Positions 48,967 through 61,821 of a stretch of 61,821 nucleotides of DNA are shown in pieces. A program made the position numbers and the translations under genes. The stretch spans positions 3,813,080 to 3,874,900 of the forward strand of contig NC_069005.1 in NCBI RefSeq assembly GCF_001194135.2, in the 5' to 3' direction. The notes beneath the pieces were generated by a model. That model was not told the DNA's origin. It ran no database searches and worked only from the letters and a program-made list of their open reading frames with translations. How positions within the stretch are numbered: position 1 is the first letter of the stretch; each line of letters begins with the position of its first letter. This stretch comes from Octopus bimaculoides (taxonomy: Eukaryota).

Positions 48967-51900
48967 NNNNNNNNNNNNNNNNNNNNNNNNNNNNNNNNNN
49001 NNNNNNNNNNNNNNNNNNNNNNNNNNNNNNNNNNNNNNNNNNNNNNNNNNNNNNNNNNNNNNNNNNNNNNNNNNNNNNNNNNNNNNNNNNNNNNNNNNNN
49101 NNNNNNNNNNNNNNNNNNNNNNNNNNNNNNNNNNNNNNNNNNNNNNNNNNNNNNNNNNNNNNNNNNNNNNNNNNNNNNNNNNNNNNNNNNNNNNNNNNNN
49201 NNNNNNNNNNNNNNNNNNNNNNNNNNNNNNNNNNNNNNNNNNNNNNNNNNNNNNNNNNNNNNNNNNNNNNNNNNNNNNNNNNNNNNNNNNNNNNNNNNNN
49301 NNNNNNNNNNNNNNNNNNNNNNNNNNNNNNNNNNNNNNNNNNNNNNNNNNNNNNNNNNNNNNNNNNNNNNNNNNNNNNNNNNNNNNNNNNNNNNNNNNNN
49401 NNNNNNNNNNNNNNNNNNNNNNNNNNNNNNNNNNNNNNNNNNNNNNNNNNNNNNNNNNNNNNNNNNNNNNNNNNNNNNNNNNNNNNNNNNNNNNNNNNNN
49501 NNNNNNNNNNNNNNNNNNNNNNNNNNNNNNNNNNNNNNNNNNNNNNNNNNNNNNNNNNNNNNNNNNNNNNNNNNNNNNNNNNNNNNNNNNNNNNNNNNNN
49601 NNNNNNNNNNNNNNNNNNNNNNNNNNNNNNNNNNNNNNNNNNNNNNNNNNNNNNNNNNNNNNNNNNNNNNNNNNNNNNNNNNNNNNNNNNNNNNNNNNNN
49701 NNNNNNNNNNNNNNNNNNNNNNNNNNNNNNNNNNNNNNNNNNNNNNNNNNNNNNNNNNNNNNNNNNNNNNNNNNNNNNNNNNNNNNNNNNNNNNNNNNNN
49801 NNNNNNNNNNNNNNNNNNNNNNNNNNNNNNNNNNNNNNNNNNNTATATATATGCATATACGCATGACGCTGTGTTCCTGTGCTCTTACTGTATCTGCATT
49901 CATCTAAGTCTGAACATTTGTGAGCGTGCTGCATGTTGATGCTTAGGAAAACTGTTTCTAAAATGAATACCATGTTATAATTCAGATTTGTATTTTTCTT
50001 TTCTTTTTCCCCCGCACAGATATAATGCTAATATTTATTTTAGGCCAATATCTTTTATATTTCCATATTCTCTTGCCTTGTAAACGATATAAATAACAAC
50101 TTCACGAATTGCTGAAATTGTTCCAGTTAATTTCAGTTGCAGTAGAGCAAGATGTGAAAGGGGGCACGTTTTTTAATACGAAATAACCTTTGATAAATAA
50201 CATTACAAATCAATTTTCAAGTATCAGTCTTTTCCTGTTCTTCTTTGAGAAACCGACAATTACTCTGATAGCTGCCAGTTCCTGTTCTTTTCAACAAAAG
50301 ACACACATTGATTCCAGAGTCTAACGCTCCCTTTAAAAAAATCTAAACATTAAAACGCAATTTCGAAGCCGTCTGAGAACATGTTTAAAGACAGAGACTC
50401 TTTGTTATTTTCGTCTCTCTCATTCAGTCTCTCTATTCGTCTGTCTTTCTCTCTCTCGCTCTCTCTTTTCCTGTTATTAAGGTTTACTTTATAACGAATT
50501 CTATTGGTTTTTAATGCAACTTCTGGTTTACAGCCAAAAATGTTCGGGTGTTTTAAATTTTTTCTCTCGTATTGTTTTCTTTACTTTTTTTTTTCTTTGA
50601 ACATAAAAATAAAATAGAAAATAAAAAAAAGCTTTCACTCTTTCAATGAAGTCCCGTCTGAACTGATTAGAATGGATTTTTATCTATTTATTTATTCATT
50701 GCTTTTGTATTCTTTTAATGAATCAACTCACCTACTCTTTATTTTCATCCTTCTCTTTGAAAGAAAGAAAAATGTCTTTAATCTATTTAAATCGAAGTTA
50801 AGCTTCTCGGAATATATTCTAAGCCAAATATCTTGAACCATTTATCGATTTTGTACGAAAATGAACGATGAACCAAAACAAATAAAAATAATAATTAATC
50901 CTCTCATCAAAAAAGAAGAAAAAGAGGAAGATATTACATGATGGATGTAAGTGTACGCGTGTATTTATATATGTTGACGCATTTATGTATATCTATATAG
51001 AGAGATAAAGCTGACAAATACATACACGCACACACGAAGGAAATTACATTTGAAAGTCTATTTTGTGATGTTAAAGATAGACAGCCCTTCAAGTTAAAAA
51101 AAATATTGTACTTAATTTCACAACTCACTGATTATACATACATACATATATACATAATCTTTATGTACATAAACATATGTACCATTTTATATACACACAT
51201 TTTTCACAAACGTTTCTCTCGGAACATATATGTAAGCACGTGTGTGTATATGTATGAATATGTAAATGTGCGTTTGTGCACATGTATATATATATATATA
51301 TATGTAGTAATATATATATTACTGAAGTAGACCAATTTTCTCTTTCGTACTCACTTCCATTGTCATTTCTCTCTGTTCATTTTCAATTCTCTCTATTTCC
51401 TTCTCTGCAAATTTTATATATCTTCGATGCTGATACGTTATTGCATCAGGAGAAAAGTTCAAGTAAACGCGGTTACAACTTATATAGATTGGATTACGTT
51501 CAACCGATTGAATTTCAGAAATTCTTAATCTAGTTTTGTCTCAAGTTTACATTTCATTATGTTTGATTATATTAGTTGGTTAATATACCTTGAATATTCG
51601 ATGAGTTGTTAAATTGTAAAGTGGAATTATTCCAATGTTTAGCATTCGTTGATATTGTTGTTTACCTTCAAGTCAAGCTTAAATTTGCAGGTCTCTGATC
51701 AAACGTAGTACAGCTGTATACTTTCTGGATTTTTAAAGGTGTATCAAAGATTATATTGAATTTTGATTTTCGTTATTTAACACAGTACGCAGCTAATCTA
51801 TTTACTTCCTTCACTTTTTAGCAGCTTCCTGAATTGATACATCTATGTGTTCTTGTTTACACTCTCGTTGATTTTATGTAGCCCCCGGTTAAGACTGATT

Positions 51901-52197
51901 AAGCAGCCAGTTGATCAATGTTATTTCAGTCATAGGCAACTCACGTTACTTTCTACTATCGAGTATTTATTCACTTTTTAAAGATGAAAATTCGCGTTAA
52001 GTGTATATTTGGCTATTACATTTAGCACTCTAAAACATTATTGAGAGATTCTTGTATTTGATAATTAATGTAGTGTTAGAAAGCTGACGTCAAATCCACC
52101 ACATACTGCGATGTTATCTTTTGTTTCAGTGAAGCTGGGAAAACGCTTCGTCGAAGTTTTACTCAAATGAATTGATACAAGTATTACATTTTTATTA

Positions 52198-52339
52198 AGC
52201 CTGGTTCTTTCTATCGTTTACTGTTGCCGAACAGCTAATTTACAAGGACCTAAACACACTAACAGCGGTTATCAAACAGTGATGGGTGCAAACAGTCAAA
52301 AGAGCACATCCATACGCACACGCACGTACATATACAGCT

Positions 52340-52371
<32 letters not shown>

Positions 52372-52426
52372 GTGCAAACAGTCAAAAGAACACATACATA
52401 CGCACACGTACGTACATATATAGTTT
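52198..52426 (-). mobile_element. SINE family B 3' fragment whose microsatellite-proximal ~60 bp is duplicated across a (TA)n
   Basis: ctatcgtttactgttgccgaacagctaa matches family B. gatgggtgcaaacagtcaaaag...catacgcacacg occurs at 52281 and 52367. Confidence 0.75.
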
Positions 52427-52600
52427 AAATATATACACAGATATTGTTTTGAGCTGAATAGAGGTGCGAGATTCCCATGTTCAAAAATATAAGGACACAT
52501 ATCGTGTCATATAGCCAGCTGCAGACGATGTCTCCTGGAACTAAATTACAGCAACATTCGTCCTAAACCAGGACTGCCATGTTATGTTGGCAAACAATCT

Positions 52601-52807
52601 TTGCTACAGGAACAAGGCCTGAAACTTATTAGGAGGGAGCAAGTCGACAATATCGATCAGAGTGCTCGAACAATACGTATTTTATCGACCTCAAAAGATT
52701 GAGAAGCAATGTCGACCACATCGCTGTCTGAACAAGGAACTTAATGGCAGAGGAAATGCTACTAGGCAGTTTGTCCAGTGTGCTAGCGTTTATGCCAGCT
52801 CGCCATC
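52601..52807 (-). mobile_element. SINE family A, diverged full-length copy
   Basis: acaaggcctgaaa 3' end, ttttatcgacctcaaaag body and tgccagctcgccatc head. Confidence 0.8.
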
Positions 52808-53196
52808 TTGATAGTTTAATAAGCATGAGTGTTAATATTAGTATAATCTGTATTTCGTTTACACACCCATATATCTTCCGTTTCTTAATAAATTCATTCA
52901 TCGAATGTTTTGACATTTTCTGAAATTTTTTCTTCCATTTCTCATTACTATTATAAAAGATAAAGATCATTGCAAAATTTGATAGCTATGAAATTATCAG
53001 TTATTGATTTCCCATTAGAAATTCTTAGGTCGTCGGTGTCATTGTTTTGTTGCTGGTGTTGTTGTTGTTATTGTTGCTGTTATTCGTATTATTGTACTTA
53101 TTGTTTGAAGTTTTATTTGAGTTGTTCGGTTCTATAACATTTACAATTATGGCATCGCATGTATGTATGTGCGTTCGTTTGTATATACATGTATGC

Positions 53197-53247
<51 letters not shown>

Positions 53248-53660
53248 CATATACACACACACACACACACATATATATATACATATATATATATATATGC
53301 ATACAGATACACATAGATACATACATATATATATATGTGTGTGTATGTGTGTATTCACTGAATGTACATACATATATAATATTATGTGTGTGTGAAGGTT
53401 TTTTAGTGTCATTTATATATTTATTAGTGTTTATTTTGGTAGATTGACACACAGGCCAGAGGATTTAATCAGCCAATATTAACTACTGTAACTTGAAGCC
53501 AAAAGCATTTCATCTCTATATATAGTTTTTCACATACTGGCACTTGCTCACACACTCCTATATATGTCCTGATCAAAGTAAATTCTATATCTGAGTTTTC
53601 CGAACAGAGAGCCCTTTATTGTCATTGATGACGTTACTTTAAAATATAGGCAAGAATGAT

Positions 53661-53810
53661 AAGTCGATTTCACCGACCACAGTATTTGACTGGTACTTAT
53701 TTTATCTATCACAAAAGGCTGAAAGCCAAAAATCGGCCTGAACGAAAAGCTTGAAGATATTCCGCTCCGCGTTTTGCCCGGCGTGCTGACGACTGTGTCA
53801 GCTTCCGCCT
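53661..53810 (-). mobile_element. SINE family A, internally deleted copy
   Basis: actggtacttattttatc body and ttttgcccggcgtgctgacg head. Confidence 0.75.
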
Positions 53811-54586
53811 TGTATTCCTTTAAAATACTAATCTTCATTAAACAAAGAGGAGCACAATTATACGCATACACACAAGTACGCATACACATGCAGGCACCAC
53901 AAATTACATTATTTGTGTCTGTCGGTGTGAGTAAGTACTCTTTATGTTGTACATACTGACATTTCGCAACAAATATAGATGTAACTCGAGCAAAAGAATA
54001 GCTTGCCAAAAGTATTTAACCAATTCCACTGAATTACATTGTATCTAATTTATCTGTTTGCAAAATGCCCCCGCCCTGTTATTTACGTAAAAAATGGAGA
54101 ACCAACCATTGGTGGCTGAATGCAAAATTTTAGAAATACACTTTAGAATGTAACTTATTAATACAAGGCATATCTTAAGGATATTTTTTGTCCAATATCA
54201 AGAAATTAGGAAGAATGTACTTTGATATACTTAATATATGAATTGTGTTGCCGAACGTTCAACCTGTTTATAAGCATTCAAATATATGATAGCCATTTTC
54301 TATATTTTCGACGTGGCGCGTTTACTGTAGGATTTTATATGATTTGTCATTATAACATATGTAATTGGTTCATGGTAATGAACTGTATGGATATATGACT
54401 TGGTTGTTAAATTCCAGCCTGTCTGTTTCAAACAAAGATCTATCTGTCTACGCGAGAAAAAAAAAATTCCAAAAGAAATAATTAAAATCCGTTGCATGAC
54501 AGGTACGCTGTGACAGAAGGAATGAAACTGAAATGAATTAATAAATATAAGGCTTTAGAAATGAAACCAGCTCCTTTGGCTTTCAG

Positions 54587-54617
54587 ACATGTGAAAAAGG
54601 GTGGTCGCCTCCCATGC
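54587..54617 (+). CDS. Candidate 31-nt exon (phase 0-1)
   Basis: ctcctttggctttcag|ACA and TGC|gtatgt. Frame TCEKGWSPPM. Confidence 0.15.
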
Positions 54618-54776
54618 GTATGTTTAAAATTCTTCAAACGCACAGGATATCCGCAGGGACTCGCGTTGTTCAATGCGTGCAAACCAAACTGAAGATGCTG
54701 ATCGGGATATATAGCATTAACTAAATAACATATTCGGTAAAGTCGACGACATGAACAAATATACTCTCATACACAT

Positions 54777-54860
<84 letters not shown>

Positions 54861-55110
54861 AGGGGGGAGAGAGTTGACTGTTTGTAACGATATTGGAATA
54901 GATAAACGAGCGTGCGCGTGTGTATACTAGCATGCATACCCGTCGTTGCTCGGGAATTAAATGGCATAGTTTGTATATACGGTACAGTAAATTTGAAACA
55001 TGTGACACGAGGAGGTGCAGCATTGACGACAAAACATGTGGAGTAAATGAAGGACTAATTCGACTAAGTGATATGTCATGCGTCTGTTAGGACTTCAGAA
55101 GCCATATGGG

Positions 55111-55156
<46 letters not shown>

Positions 55157-55212
55157 NNNNNNNNNNNNNNNNNNNNNNCACAAACACACACACACACACA
55201 CACACACACAGA

Positions 55213-55253
<41 letters not shown>

Positions 55254-55905
55254 TGCATACACAACCACATATATTTAGAGACTGTTGATCGTTTAATCTT
55301 CTATCACCATTGATAATGAAGATATTCATAACATTTCCTTTATGTTTTCTTTCGCTATTTCGTGTTATATAGACTTGTATTACACAATTTTGGTGACCCG
55401 ATGATCTTTCCTCATTTATTTGATTACATAATGCTGCCAATGTTCATTGCAGGCAGAATGATGCAAAAAGATATACGTAATAAAATAGAATGGACGAACG
55501 TATAACTGTAGAAGTCATCTCTTTTAAAGCGATGCCAAAGTACGTGGAAATATTCTAATTGCGCCACCTGATTAATAGTGAGTCTATTGCCAAAATTCTG
55601 TTATGTTAGACATCGTGTAAAGAATTTTATCATTAATGCTATTTTTCAGCCATTATTTATTATTTTGCGTGTTGTTTGTTTTATATTTTCTTTATTTTAT
55701 TCTATAATAAGATATTTATTGAAATTAATTATCTATATAAAATCTAATATTTTTATTCTCTTTCAGCAATTGAATATTTCATCATCTTCATTTTGATCAC
55801 TTGGCTTGCATCTGTTTAAAGTCTTTCCCATTTATATAAACCTACTTATATACACATGCTTCAATACACTCTTACACTCTTTTGTTTCAGGTATTNNNNN
55901 NNNNN

Positions 55906-55949
<44 letters not shown>

Positions 55950-57875
55950 GATAGATAAAATATTTATAAACATGTACTCACACAAACGCACATATATACA
56001 TATATAGACGTACGTATTGATACAAACATACATATACGTAAATCGTTGCATATGCGTTTACAAGTAATATATTCACCATGTAAAATAACTTAATACATTA
56101 CCTGTCCTTATCACGTGAGATACGTGGGTCGTATTTCCCCGATATCTATGCATCTTCTGCAATACACAGTTTTTCTTCTAACAGCTATGTAACTTTGTAC
56201 GCGAGAAAAGAAAACATTACTTGTCTTAGAAGGCATAAAACAAGTCTGGAAAGATGCATGGACGCTTAGGATAAACTTATCAAAATGTTTTGGACAGCAA
56301 AGCGTTAATTTTATACATGTATCTATCTTCAGGCGTTAAATTTTATTAAATTAATACCAGTGTGCGTTTGTTGAGCTCTGTATCGTTGATACTCTCAGTT
56401 GTAATGGAACTGTAATTATGTATGCATCACAAATAAACTTAGTCTGCGAGTTCTTATCAAAATATCGATTTTTCTTACAGCGACACAAATACTTGCGACA
56501 TCGCATTACATTCATGATGTGACGTTCAAAGTTATCCTAAAGTCTTTTACTGACGTCAGAATGAGGAAATTGCTTCTAACTGGAATTATGTAATGAGTTT
56601 ATTGTTAAATGCATTCGCTTAAAGGGGGAAAAAATGAATAAGAAAAGGTAACTTATTGAATTTTAAAATTTGCGTCGATTCTGCCACAGTTCTGGAATTA
56701 TTGATTTTTATATTATTTTGAACTTGATTCCTCTTAAGTGGATATAGATATAGATTCGAATCCCTCATTACATCATAGGAAAATACTATTTATAGCGGAA
56801 GAAATGGCAAATAGTCATTGCAGTTTTAAGGGTATCTTTAAGTCCTACGTTACACAGGTAAACGAAAAAAACAATTCTGAATGTGTATCATAGAAGATGC
56901 ATGGACGCCAGGGAAATACGACCCTCGTGTCACGTGATACGTATGACAGTTAAGGGTTTAAGACCATCGAAGACCACTTGTATGAAAAGAAATCCTATAC
57001 TGATAGACATGCTTATTCAGAGACGACTTGTGCCTAAACAACAATCGTTGCAAAAAAAACTCCCACCACCACACACATTCAAATGTATTGTCATTACTTA
57101 AGATCAAGCTTATGGCATAATATGCTGTAGTTTCCACTATTACGCAATTATTCTTTGGGATTCAAACTGCAACAGTAGGATCACATTTTCTGCAGTTAAT
57201 ATTAAAATGCAAACATTGCTAAGTCACTATTCTGGGAGACAGGTTTATTTTCAAATCTATTGCGAGAATCAACAGTTAAAATCTGTCCCTAGAGGTGATA
57301 TTAGAGCTGAAACTTAAGCGAAAGCATTTAACAATACACAAAACAGAAACTCCGAATGGAAGCAAACTCATCAATTGATGTACTTCATACTTTTGGGGCA
57401 GTAGGAGGTTACATGAAACCGTTTATAACACAATATCTATAATAACCCAGCGAAGGGACAGCAAATATAATATTGGGATTTTGCTAATGGTCTTTGACGA
57501 GATCAATCACTGAATAATGTGTCATACATTTGGAAATTTTAGTATCAACGGACAGTTCAGTGGATTATTGCCTGTTTTTACAGGGCAGAAATCAATCATT
57601 GCTACCTCATATCTCTCTTTACCACGGTATCTTTAATATATAGTGTATGGTATTAGACCCATTGTGATTCTTTCTACCAGGCATAATTTCACATGTTTTT
57701 ATCAGTTAATCTAACGAATTATGAAGGTGATACAAGATAAATTACTAAGTAAATACAGGACAATCATATCTGCTAAATATGTCGAAACACTTCAGAATAA
57801 ACTAAACCTCATCTACAAAGCGATGGTGATGATGATTATCAGAACTGCAATTGTGACAGATGGTTAGCAGTTATA

Positions 57876-57990
57876 GGGTGGGGTGATAGTCGATTACATC
57901 AACACCGGTGTTCGGCTGATATTATTTATCGATTCTGAAGTAATGAAAGGCAAAGTCAATCTAGACAGAATTTGAACTGAGTGTAAATAC
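57876..57990 (-). mobile_element. SINE family A fragment
   Basis: gtcgattacatc, atgaaaggcaaagtc and gaatttgaactga. Confidence 0.75.
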
Positions 57991-58058
57991 AGAAGGGATT
58001 CTTACTATTCTCCTAGCCTACCGCCGTAAAAATAATAGTAATAGTTTATATATGTGTA

Positions 58059-58096
<38 letters not shown>

Positions 58097-58554
58097 GAGT
58101 GTTATAAATATACACATACGTGTACATATCGATGCACGAGAATAAGTATGTATGTCTGTGTGTATACATATATCATACGTATGTACGTCCGACTGTTTGC
58201 AGTTTTTAGTTAATCGAGACTAGTTGTTTTAAAAATCTTCTGATTCTTGTTTCTGTGAATTGCATTATAGATGTTCTTCCTACAAAAGCTTGCAGGAATT
58301 CTCCACTTAAACGAAACAACCATTTTAATTGCAGTCTTTTATCCAATTTGCAAAAGAATTCGAGCGAACAGAAACAAAATTATATCAAATAGATGTTAAC
58401 ATGGCGCTGCGACCTTAGGTTAACTGTTGTATTACCAAAAAGTTTACGTCAGTCTACTTATTGCTACCAACAGTCAAGGAGACAACTTTGACGCAGGCGT
58501 TGTATTTGCTCAACGCAGCAGTGACATCTTCATGCAATCACACTGCTGTTTCAG

Positions 58555-58650
58555 GATTGAAAACCATTTTATATTCTGGTCCTGCTTTTAATATTTTTGG
58601 TAAAACATATGTGCTGGCCATCGATGAAACCATTATTTAGGATTGTTCAG
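58555..58650 (+). CDS. Candidate 96-nt exon with a perfect donor and an in-frame TAG 10 nt before it
   Basis: ctgctgtttcag|GA and CAG|gtaagt. The phase-1 frame reads LKTILYSGPAFNIFGKTYVLAIDETII*DCS; the other frames stop early. Confidence 0.3.
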
Positions 58651-58854
58651 GTAAGTGTTATCGTATGGTTTAGCCATCAATAAAATTACGTAGCGGATAT
58701 CCTCGAAAGCAATTATTCAGTCAGTATAGGAACTGTCTAATACTGGTTATTTTGTTTTCTTTAACACTGTTGTTTTTCGAACGAAAATAGATTGGTCGAA
58801 TGTCGCTGATAAAGGAAATGAGGATATAACGCGGAATACCGAAAAACGGCTTAT

Positions 58855-59140
58855 CTTAGCTTCAACTATAAATCCTGAACAACCAAAGCATGGTGAGTGG
58901 ATTTGATAGAGAGAAACTGAAAGAATCCCATCTAAGCTGAACGAGATGGGATTACCTAGAAACAAAATATACTGTCTTCTCTGCCTAGTAAAATACCAAT
59001 GTAGAAGAAATACTTTCCACGTGGGCAATGCTTAAAGATCGTCAATGTGACTTATGACGGCCTCGTTCTACAGTAGAAGACACTGGCCACGCAGTGAGAC
59101 TGAACCCGGAAAAGTGAAGTTGCGAAGCAAGGTTACCGGA
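58855..59140. mobile_element. Two oppositely oriented SINE family B fragments (58855-58930 +; 59057-59140 -)
   Basis: ccaaagcatggtgagtggatttgatagagagaaactgaaag (+) and tagaagacactggccacgcagtgagactgaacccgg (reverse complement of the head region). Confidence 0.7.
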
Positions 59141-60288
59141 CATGCACGTATACAAACGCACATACACACACACGCAAACATGCCTCCGAAGAATTACCTT
59201 GCAGGTTTCTTAAATAGAAAATAAAGCTTGAAATGGCATGCTAGTTACTAACTCGATAAATCTATCAGCCCGGTGTTCTAACTGATACAGTATAGCTTAC
59301 CAGGGGTTGCAAGGAAGAGTAATGCATCATCGAGTCGATGTATTCGTTTAAGTTTGAAGCACGGTTCATCAACAAATTTAATTATAATGACCAGATATCT
59401 TCAAATACGAACATTATGTAAAAGCGCTAACACAAGAGAAAAAAAAAACACAGAAGATTTATAAACATCGTTTAGTATATGTCCAAAACTGTTACATGTC
59501 TGATTTCGCTGTTTCTAGCAAAACAGATTTGTGAAAACGGTAAAGAAAACACTAATACTTGTGTACATTTTCATATATANNNNNNNNNNNNNNNNNNNNN
59601 NNNNNNNNNNNNNNNNNNNNNNNNNNNNNNNNNNNNNNNNNNNNNNNNNNNNNNNNNNNNNNNNNNNNNNNNNNNNNNNNNNNNNNNNNNNNNNNNNNNN
59701 NNNNNNNNNNNNNNNNNNNNNNNNNNNNNNNNNNNNNNNNNNNNNNNNNNNNNNNNNNNNNNNNNNNNNNNNNNNNNNNNNNNNNNNNNNNNNNNNNNNN
59801 NNNNNNNNNNNNNNNNNNNNNNNNNNNNNNNNNNNNNNNNNNNNNNNNNNNNNNNNNNNNNNNNNNNNNNNNNNNNNNNNNNNNNNNNNNNNNNNNNNNN
59901 NNNNNNNNNNNNNNNNNNNNNNNNNNNNNNNNNNNNNNNNNNNNNNNNNNNNNNNNNNNNNNNNNNNNNNNNNNNNNNNNNNNNNNNNNNNNNNNNNNNN
60001 NNNNNNNNNNNNNNNNNNNNNNNNNNNNNNNNNNNNNNNNNNNNNNNNNNNNNNNNNNNNNNNNNNNNNNNNNNNNNNNNNNNNNNNNNNNNNNNNNNNN
60101 NNNNNNNNNNNNNNTATATGTTACTTAGGAGAAACGAATGTTGTAAAACATTCAACTCAAGATGCGGTGATTAAACATGTCAGGAAAGAAGATATTAAGT
60201 TTGCCTGCATGTGGAGCAGAGCCGCATTTCGGAGAAATTCCCTTTTGCAATCATGACAACTTGGTTTCGTTTTGTAGCCTCTTGGTTA

Positions 60289-60598
60289 GTTGTTGTTGAT
60301 TGTTCCTTCTCGAACCATGCTCGGCTCATAATGGCCGCTTTCCCGGTTTCATTGGCGTATAGGTTTCCCACCTGGACGGGACGTCGGTCCGACGCTGGTG
60401 AGCTGCTAGATGCAGGAAGAAACAGTGAGAGAATGTTGTGGCGAAAGACTCACCAGAAGTTCGCAATTACTTTTTGTCGGAGATACGTGGAGCTTAGGTG
60501 TTTTGCTCAGCAACACACATATCGCCCGGTCTGAGATTCAAACCCGCGATCCCTCGACAACGAGTCTGCTGCTCTAATCACCTGGCTATGTGCCTCCA
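60289..60598 (-). mobile_element. SINE family D, full-length tRNA-derived copy with (CAA)n tail
   Basis: The reverse complement starts tggaggcacatagccaggtgattagagcagcagactcg...cgggtttgaatctcagacc (tRNA-like A/B boxes), has a GC-rich body and ends gagaaggaacaatcaacaacaac. Confidence 0.85.
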
Positions 60599-61064
60599 AT
60601 GTGCTGAAATGGACAGGCACAAATTGCGTCCCTGTAATTTTTATGTCAAATCTTAGCTGAGTCTCTGTATGAAGAGTATATTTATGCGTAATATTCAGTG
60701 ACTTATTCGATAAATGAGATAACATCTACAATTTGAAAAAAAATATGAAGCACGTGTATTAAACTTAAGTATGTCGTCAGTGAAAGAGATAAACCGATAC
60801 TGGTACTACTGCTACATAATATCCTAAAGGGAGGGAAATGAAATATTGGTAACATATAATATTCGTGCTTCACAATTACGTATTTTATAGCACCGAAAAA
60901 ATCATAAACATTTGCAAGTACTAAATTATATATATGTATATATGTGTGTGTGTGTGTGTGTGTATATGCATTTGGTTTATAGATGACAGACAAATATTCT
61001 CCTTATAGAAGACAGTAATACTCAAAAGAATTAAACTTGTCCAGGTAGTGGAGTAAATGTACGG

Positions 61065-61102
61065 ATAAGCTGATATATTAAACATAAGCTGATATATTAA
61101 AC
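61065..61102. repeat. Exact 19-bp tandem duplication
   Basis: ataagctgatatattaaac x2. Confidence 0.95.
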
Positions 61103-61356
61103 ATTAAACGCATTAAATACCAAAAAAAAAAATGTACATGTTTCCATATACGAACCTGTGACCTACACAGAATAGAAGTGGAATCATGTACCAAATGGGC
61201 TGAATAAGAGTTTTACGAGTCGAACAACTGTTTCTGGGGGTTTGCTGGTTCAAAAAATGATTGTAAATTGATTCGGATAATATCAGTTTCTCTCTTCAGA
61301 GGTTCTATCTTTTATCTCCTTTCTCTTAACACTTCCAGTCTTTTCTGATAATACCA

Positions 61357-61766
61357 GACCCCGCCTTCAGGTACTTATTTTATGAGCCTTGAAAGGATGG
61401 AAGGTAAAGTTGACCTCGGTAGAAATTGAACTCAGAACGTAACGATGGAAGAAATATCGCTAAGCATCTTGCCCAGAGTGGTAACGATTCTGCGAGCTTT
61501 CAGCCTGAATACTACTACTACTACTACTACTAATAATAATAATAATAATACTACTACTAATAATAATAATAATAATAATAATCATTTCTACAGGAGTCAC
61601 AAGGCCTGGAATTTGGTGGGAGGTTTCTAGTCAAATATATCACCTCTAATGTTTCACTGGTACTTAATTTTTTGTCTCCGAAAGAATGAAAGGAAAATTA
61701 GACCTCGGCGAAATTTGAACTCAGGACTTAAAGCTGGATCAAATGTCACTAGGCATTTTACTCGCC
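61357..61766 (-). mobile_element. Two head-to-tail SINE family A copies (61357-61506; 61584-61766) separated by an (ACT)/(AAT) microsatellite
   Basis: Both copies show gacctcgg..gaaat.tgaactcag. The spacer 61508-61582 is ACT/AAT, and another AAT tract follows 61766. Confidence 0.85.
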
Positions 61767-61821
61767 AATAATAATAACTATAACAACAGTAATATTAATT
61801 GTACCTATCTCTCATATATAT

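Noticed and set aside
48849-49973. Long ORFs in the track made of X runs (also 875-1549, 12642-13382, 19211-19607, 59479-60256)
   Set aside because: They are artefacts of translating across N gaps.
49990-50095. Very strong plus-strand acceptor (...cccccgcacag|)
   Set aside because: No donor and no convincing open frame follow, so it cannot be tied to the exon chain.
60527-60598. tRNA gene
   Set aside because: The tRNA-like head continues into a SINE body and tail, and the cloverleaf is degenerate.

Overview
AT-rich, gene-poor eukaryotic DNA from a draft scaffold with many N gaps. The SINE families and the density of TA/CA/AAT microsatellites point to a cephalopod, most likely Octopus (inference from recalled repeat families; no database search was run). 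No complete protein-coding gene, rRNA, true tRNA or CRISPR array can be supported. Well-supported content: a ~221-bp two-subunit (441-bp dimer) satellite at 1-1857; about 20 copies of one tRNA-derived SINE (family A) plus three other SINE families (B, C, D); a 5'-truncated RTE-clade LINE; a mariner transposase 5' fragment; a 445-bp near-perfect palindrome; a MITE nested in a larger inverted duplication; a 70-bp hairpin; and several duplications next to (TA)n tracts. Low-confidence content: a phase-compatible chain of small plus-strand exons starting with a signal-peptide-like exon, a minus-strand cysteine-rich exon candidate, and a recursive-splice-like AG|GTAAG site. Most entries in the ORF track are gap or microsatellite artefacts.
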